A DNA stretch of 64,000 nt from contig OX597815.1 of NCBI GenBank assembly GCA_951406725.2, forward strand, positions 63,984,001-64,048,000. The letters are read 5' to 3'. Shown here piece after piece: positions 56,976-64,000 of the stretch (the stretch's first letter is position 1; each line of letters begins with the position of its first letter). This stretch comes from Octopus vulgaris. Taxonomy: Eukaryota. The notes beneath the pieces are model-generated. The model saw nothing but the letters and a program-made list of their open reading frames with translations, had not been told where the DNA came from and ran no database searches. The position numbers and the translations under genes were made by a program.

Positions 56976-57350
56976 TAAAATTAATTCAATGTCTAAGGAT
57001 GTTTTATTGTTTGTAGATATGTACATATGCATATTTTCCTTACTCTACATACACGTACATAAACACACGCACACACACACACACACACACATATTCGCAT
57101 ACCTTCACACACACACAAACACATATACAATATAACAAGAAGTAAAATTTATTGGTATTATTTATTCACCGTTACACATGTTTCATATAAATAGGAATTA
57201 CAGAGTTTTACATGTCAGATAGATATGTACAAAAACCCTATCATTTCTCTTGGCAGATGAAACATCAATAAATTTTCCAAACTTTCTGTTTTGTTATACA
57301 AAAAAACAAATCTGCAAACAAAATTCCTGGAATTTTCAACTTTGATGCGT

Positions 57351-57484
<134 letters not shown>

Positions 57485-57616
57485 TGTGGAGCAGACATGG
57501 CCCAGTGGTTAAGTGGCAGTTTACTTGCGGTCGGAGGATCGCGGTTTCTATTAAAATTTTATGTATTGATTAAGTCTTTCCTTGTTTGGTTTTAAAATAG
57601 TGGTTTTGTCTCGAAT

Positions 57617-57697
<81 letters not shown>

Positions 57698-57839
57698 TGT
57701 GTGTGTATATATATATATATATATATCCATGTATGCATATACGTATATATGAACATATAGATACATATATATATATACACAAATATATATAATATAAATA
57801 ATATATACATACATATATGTACATACTTTCACTTATATG

Positions 57840-58838
57840 TGTATTCATATGCATATGTGGGCACAGGACGTCACAGAATGTAAACAACATGAAATACGAA
57901 ATACGAGTACGTGAAATATGAACTTTTCTTGCGAATAACGAAAGAAAGTAATGGAAAACAAGACAAGCAACATAAAGAACGACCTTTCATCAGTTGTCGG
58001 CTGTTTTCTACTCCGTATTTCGAGCAATTCACGACAAGATACGCCTTCAATGAAATAGTTGCTCCCGCAAAGCAAATTAAATAAAATTTGGGATTTTGCG
58101 GAGTGTCAAATTTACTGTCTGCTATAGTTTTGAGTTTGACCCTTGGCTGATCGTGACTGTAAATGAAATAGAATAACCTGTTGCAGTAATATGATAGGGA
58201 TTTGGGGAATGTATTGAGTTCTGTTATTTACTGTTTGTTCTATGCATAATATATTTTTATATACTTTACAATGTGTATATTATAATCTATAGGCATGTGT
58301 ATATACACATACATATATATATATGGCGGGGGTAGGGGTTGAAAAGGGGGTTAAAAGTCCATACAAATAAAAAATGATGGTTAAAAAGATAATTAAATTT
58401 GGAAAAGGAAGAAAGTATATTTTAGAGATTGTTTAATATTTTTGTTGCAGTGAGTGATTTAAAATATAACCGGTTTTGATGTATACATCTTATCAAATAT
58501 TAAAAAATTTTTAGGAAATTAAAGAGAAAAAAGTTGGGTGCTAACAGTTTGTGCCCATGTTTTAGTGCATAGTGAAATTTTACTCTCCTTGTATGTTTTT
58601 GTCTATGTCGGTTTGATGTGGGTTTCAAGAGTTCAAGTTTCAAGAATTCTATTGAAAAGAAGTCTTTTGAATTGAATAGGTCATTTATATTCAGGATATG
58701 GCCAGCTCTGCGCTTGTGTGTGTGTGTGCGTGCGCGCGCGCGTGTGTTTGAAATATATTGTGTAAGTATTTTTTTTACCTTTTCCTATTGTGAGAATATG
58801 ATCAGTGATTAAAGATGGTCATCTAAAGGATTTAGTGA

Positions 58839-58935
<97 letters not shown>

Positions 58936-59208
58936 TATGAGTGTGTATGTCTATGTATGTGTGTTGTTTTGTATTTGGAAATATGTTTTGGAAATATGTA
59001 TTGTGGTGTACTTTTTTGTTTTGGGGGATATGTGTGTAGGTGGCTGTTATTGTGGAATGTATGCGTGTGTGTGTGTGTTTGTGACAGATTCTTATTTATT
59101 GATTAATAGTATGTGTTTAGATACTTAGTTATGGTTTAAATTTGTTAAAGAATTGGGCGTGGGGTGTGTGTGCATGTTTGATTGTTTTTTGTAGTGTGTG
59201 TATTGTTT

Positions 59209-59246
<38 letters not shown>

Positions 59247-59915
59247 ATTGTGGCATGTGTGTGTTATTGTAGTGTATGTATGCATGTGTGTGTGTGCCAC
59301 AGGTCCCTGTTTATTGATTAATGTTGGGTGTTTCGATATTTAGCTGTGGTTTATATTTGTTGATGAATTGTTTTTCCTTGTTTATTCTCTGTTGTTGGGT
59401 AAAAGAGTCCGAGCACTTTTAGAAGGGGAAGATTTTTAAATTGGGCAAGCCCAATCCCGCACAGTTTGCAATGTGCCTACTTAGTGGAATCTTCCTTGTG
59501 CTCTCGTCTCAGATCTGATGGCGATGTATCGTCGTTCTTTTGCGTCATGAAAACTCCCGTCTGTCCTATGTTGCTGATATTCACTGCATGTTATTGCGTA
59601 GATTAAATTTTCGAAGTTACAGATGAAGTTTACTTTAAAAGTTTGTCCATCTTTAAATTTGAATCTTAAATCTTTCATTAAGTATAAAGAGGTGCCACAA
59701 TTTGTTTTTCCACATTTTGTCACAATTGGGTTGAGGATTTGCTTATGTGTTTTCGTTCCAGTGAGGGTTTGTTTGAGTGTTCTGGGCTGCCTTTTGCTTT
59801 TGATGATTTAGTGTTTCCAGAATGTTTTTCATTACTTCATCTTCTTGTAGAATGGGGAGACTTTGTGGGTGAGATCAAGTATTTCAGTGTTTCTGAGGTT
59901 GAAGGTTGACACCCA
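57840..59915 (-). mobile_element. 5'-truncated Penelope-like element (Cys linker, GIY-YIG, long 3' region, terminal repeat)
   Basis: Minus-strand KIIKSKRQPRTLKQ, TKCGKTNCGT, ENLIYAITC, IPLSRHIANC, INKEKQFINKYKPQLN at 59335-59860; terminal repeat related to 20890-21095. Confidence 0.75.
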
Positions 59916-60149
59916 TGGTAAAATATTTTTCTTTTGAATATTTGATACGATGGATATATCGAAACGAGTTATATTTTAAATCACTCACTGTAACAAAAAT
60001 ATCAAACATTCTTATATATATTCTTATATATATTTTTCGGCCTTTTCCAACTTTGCTTGTGTTTTTTACAATATATATATATATATATGTATGTATAACT
60101 TAGGAAGAATCTGATTACTTTCTTCCAAAGAATGGTCTTATAGATTACG

Positions 60150-61100
60150 ATAAAAAGTAACCTTAATAACGTAAATTTTTTCAATTATCAACTTAGATTT
60201 GCAATTAGATCAATTTAAACCCTACCGCAAGCCCAATGCAAAGCTATGTTATATTAGCAAAGAATCTAATCATCTGCCCGTAATTATTAAGAATCTAGTT
60301 AGTAATGTAGGTAGGCGAATATCATCAATTTCGACGGATGAGACAGCATTTCAACATGCTGTGCCAAATTACAACAATGCAATAAAGAAAAGTAGATTCT
60401 CGAAGACGGTCCAGTATAGTCAAGTCAATTCTAGCAATAATAAGCCACGTAGAACTAGAACTAGGAAAGTTTTGTGGTTTAACCCTGCATTTAATATTGC
60501 CGTAAAAACTAATATTGTTAGGGAATTTTTAAAATTAGTTTCTAAGCATTTTCATTCTAACCATAAGAACTATAGAATATTTAATAGGAGAACACTGAAG
60601 GTTAGCTATTGTTGTTGCAAAAACTTCGCCTCTTTTATTAACCAGCATAACACAAAAATTATTACAGACAACTACAGTGCCGAATCTAATCTGAGGAACT
60701 GCAACTGCAAAGAGGAGACTTGCTGTCAGTTAGAAGGAAAGTGTCTTGAAAAAGGTATTGTTTATAGATCCAAAGTGCAAGTAGATGGCTTGCAAGAATA
60801 TAAAACATATACAGGAGCTTCAGAAATTTTATTCAAGACTCGATTCTATTCCCACCGATATTCTTTCCGATACCCCGAAAACAGGACAGCGACTAGTCTT
60901 GCAAAGTATATCTGAGAACTGAAAGAGAATGACACCCATCCTTTCAATGTAACCTGGGAAATTTTAGAAAATGCATCAGCATACAGACATGGCACTTATA
61001 AAAGACCTATGAAATGTAATCTTTGCCTCTCAGAAAAGTTCTTCATCCTGTTCCAGGATAAAAATGCTTTGACCAGAGACGCGAGCGCTTAAATTTCTGA
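60150..61100 (+). pseudogene. Penelope-like element RT C-terminus plus GIY-YIG endonuclease
   Basis: ORF 60199-60915: KPYRKPN..YISKESNH, VLWFNP, CNCK..CCQLEGKC, GIVY..TYTGASE..FKTRFYSH; continues past a stop to TWEILE..CNLCLSEK. Confidence 0.9.
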
Positions 61101-61567
61101 AGGAACGCCGCAAAATTTATAATGTCAACCGACAAAATACCGTATGGGTAAAATGTTTTGATTTTCGAAATATTTTTTTGACTGTCGCATTTGAATTTGA
61201 CTTTACACGGTATAGTTATTTTGCATTGCAATGCTAATGTAAATTTCGACCTCGCTTTTAAGAAAGTATTTTACTGTTTTACTATTTTAAGCTTAAACTT
61301 CGCCGAGGTTTATTTTTATTGTTATTGTCTACTCACGTATTTAATTATGTTATATCAAATTGACTGATTCTAGTTTCAGCTCACGAGCTGTGGCCATGCT
61401 GGGGCACCGCCATATTTCCTTATTTTTACATTTTAATATTATGTACACTTTTAAAAATTGTTTGCATATATACGTTATGGTGTATATATTTATCTTGATG
61501 TGAAGATGTGTCTCTATATACTTATGTGTATGTATGTATTGTAGGTATGTATATGTCTGTATGTGTG

Positions 61568-61610
<43 letters not shown>

Positions 61611-62060
61611 ATATATTTATATACATATATATGCATACATATATAAATGTGTATGTATATGTGTATGTGTATGTATACGAACGGGAACGTGAAACTCTTA
61701 GTAACAGTTTTTGTGATAATTTTGCTGCTTTGTAATAAACTATATAACAAATAATTAAGGAGAAAACATTTGCGAAGATATTGATTCTGCTATTATCTAG
61801 TGTAACAATTAAAATGATAATAACAGAATTAATAATATTGACGATTGCAGGCACAAAATGCTGTAGTATTAAAATTAATCAAAGGACATACTAAGTAAGT
61901 CTACCTGCTGGAAATAACAGTCAAAACTCTTATTTAAATCGCCGAAAAAAAAAAACACTGATAATAAACTACAGAAATCAACCGTCAACGGTTATATATA
62001 TATATATATATATATATACTTGTATGTATGTATATAGAGGTATGCATTAATATATATATG

Positions 62061-62103
<43 letters not shown>

Positions 62104-62127
62104 ATGTTTAATATATATATATATATA

Positions 62128-62194
<67 letters not shown>

Positions 62195-62516
62195 TATGCA
62201 TATATGCATATATATACATATTAAACATAATGACACACACACATGCACATGGAGAAAGAAGGAGAGTGAGTGAGAGAGAAAGAGAGAGAGAGCGAGAGAG
62301 AGACGGAAAGAATGTGGTAATATATAAAATCATGTAAACATGTAGATAAATGATTAAACAGAAAGACAGATAGGCTAACAGACAAATCGATAACGAGTTA
62401 TTTGATCTATATCTGTCTATGTATGTGAGTGTGCGTGTGTAGGACTATGTATGTGACTTAACCAGATTCGGGCTGGACATAGCGATGATAGACAGATGTT
62501 TATACGTGATATATTG

Positions 62517-62935
62517 ACTTTTGCACAAGGCCAGTAATTCTACGGGAGGAGATAAGTCGATTTCATCGACTCCAGCGTACAGCTACTACTTATTTTATCG
62601 ACCTCGAAAGGATGAAAGCAATGTCGACATCGAAAGCATTTAAACTTGGAACGTAAAGACTACGAAATGCCACTAAGCATTTTTGCTCTGCGCAGTAACG
62701 ATTCTACCAGCTTTCCGCCTTATTTATACCTGAAATATTGGTTTCTAATTTTGGCACAAGGTCTACAATTTTAGAGAGGGAGTAAGTCGGTTCCATCGTT
62801 TCCAGTGATGAACAGGTGTTTATTTCCTCTAGCCCGGAATTGATGAAAGGCAAAGTTGACCTCGGAACGTAATGGCGGACAAAATACCGCTAACCACTTT
62901 GCCTGGCATGGTAACGGTCCTGCAGCTCACGGCCT
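62517..62935 (-). mobile_element. Two tandem SINE copies separated and flanked by a diverged target repeat
   Basis: tttatacgtgatatattg (62499), tttatacctgaaatattg (62723), ttcataccttaaatatta (62936). Confidence 0.7.
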
Positions 62936-63831
62936 TTCATACCTTAAATATTAACACTAAAGTTTAGGTTAGTTATAGATGGGAAACAGAAGTAGGGAGA
63001 GAGAGAGAGAAAGAGTCGGATAGGTAGACACAGAAAGTGAGAGAGGGGGCACGGGGAGAAAGGAAATGATTGAAGAGTTTCTAGTAAGCTACCTGGTGAT
63101 GAGACTAGTAATTTAATGGGTGAAAGCTAACCAAGTTAAAATTAAATTAAGGAACGCACTTAAAAAGGCATCAGATTAAAACAACGATATAGTAAGGTGG
63201 CTGTGAACTCAGAAGTTTGCATTCCAACCATATGATTGCGGTTTCAGTTCCACAGCTTTGGTCGGCTCGATGCTATAGTAGAATACACTTGCCCAAGATG
63301 CTACGCAGTGGGACTGAATCCGGAGCCATGTGGTTGGTAATCAAGCTACTTATATATATACTTATATATACATGCGTGTGTATGCGTATGTGTGTGCGTG
63401 TTTATTTTTGTATATGTGTTTGTCCCAACCATCGCTTGACAATTGTTGGTGTGTTTATATCCCCGTAATCCAGCGGTTCGGCCAAAGAGGCTGGTAGCAT
63501 AAGTAACAGGTTTAAAAAAGAATAAGTACTGGGATCGACTCCTTCGACTAAATTTCTTCAGTCTAATGACTGAAACAAGGTAAAATCAGAATATGGAAGA
63601 CATTGACCTAGAACAGGGATAGTTTTAATATACTCTTCTCTTGAGAAACTTTGTGTGTTAAAAATGCAGAGCTTGTTCAGAATGACATTAGCAAATTGTT
63701 AATGCATTTCAAGTGTATATATTGGACTTAATTAAACTTGGTCAGCTTCCGCACGAATCAGCGAACATTTAGTTGCTGATTTGTGCATAGGAACGAAGGT
63801 TCCTGGTTAGTTTTGAATGACCAGGAATATT

Positions 63832-63871
63832 AATCACTGAGGAGTTCAGATGAAGCTGAAACGTCGGTATT
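63832..63871 (+). ncRNA. Hammerhead motif with intact core and decayed stems
   Basis: aatca-CTGAGGA-gttca(ga)tgaagct-GAAA-cg-TC-ggtatt. Confidence 0.5.
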
Positions 63872-64000
63872 TGACGTTCCACAGGCATCATGCAGAATGA
63901 GCTTTGTTTTTAGCACACAAAGTCCCTTAAGACAAATTTCTCAGAGCCAGCGCCCTTCAATATATTATTGGTTAGCCATATTGAGATGGCTAGTATTCCT

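Overview
AT-rich, microsatellite-saturated eukaryotic intergenic or intronic DNA. The SINE families and repeat landscape suggest an Octopus (coleoid cephalopod) genome; this is my inference, not a database result. No intact host protein-coding gene can be supported, and nearly all listed ORFs are translations of (TA)n, (CA)n, (GATA)n, (TACA)n or trinucleotide repeats. The identifiable content is decayed mobile DNA: several Penelope-like element (PLE) fragments with GIY-YIG endonuclease remnants, Tx1/L1-, R4/Dong- and RTE-type LINE fragments, an internally deleted mariner with TIRs, a Tc1/maT-like fragment and many tRNA-derived SINEs. The most notable signal is a dense set of minimal type-I hammerhead ribozyme motifs (CUGANGA-stem II-GAAA-C[palindromic loop]G-UH). 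Six have an intact core, one is a near-intact variant and several more are decayed, and they belong to multiple unrelated families. One sits at the 3' end of a tRNA-headed (Pol III) SINE-like unit. Other observations are several long foldback (inverted) duplications, a nested (TAA)n-targeted R4/Dong cluster with an 18-bp TSD, a Tx1-like LINE in a GATA tract whose 3' end matches a SINE tail, a degenerate ~56-bp tandem array, and a small promoter-like motif cluster at ~8.35 kb. All alignments and structures were read by eye.
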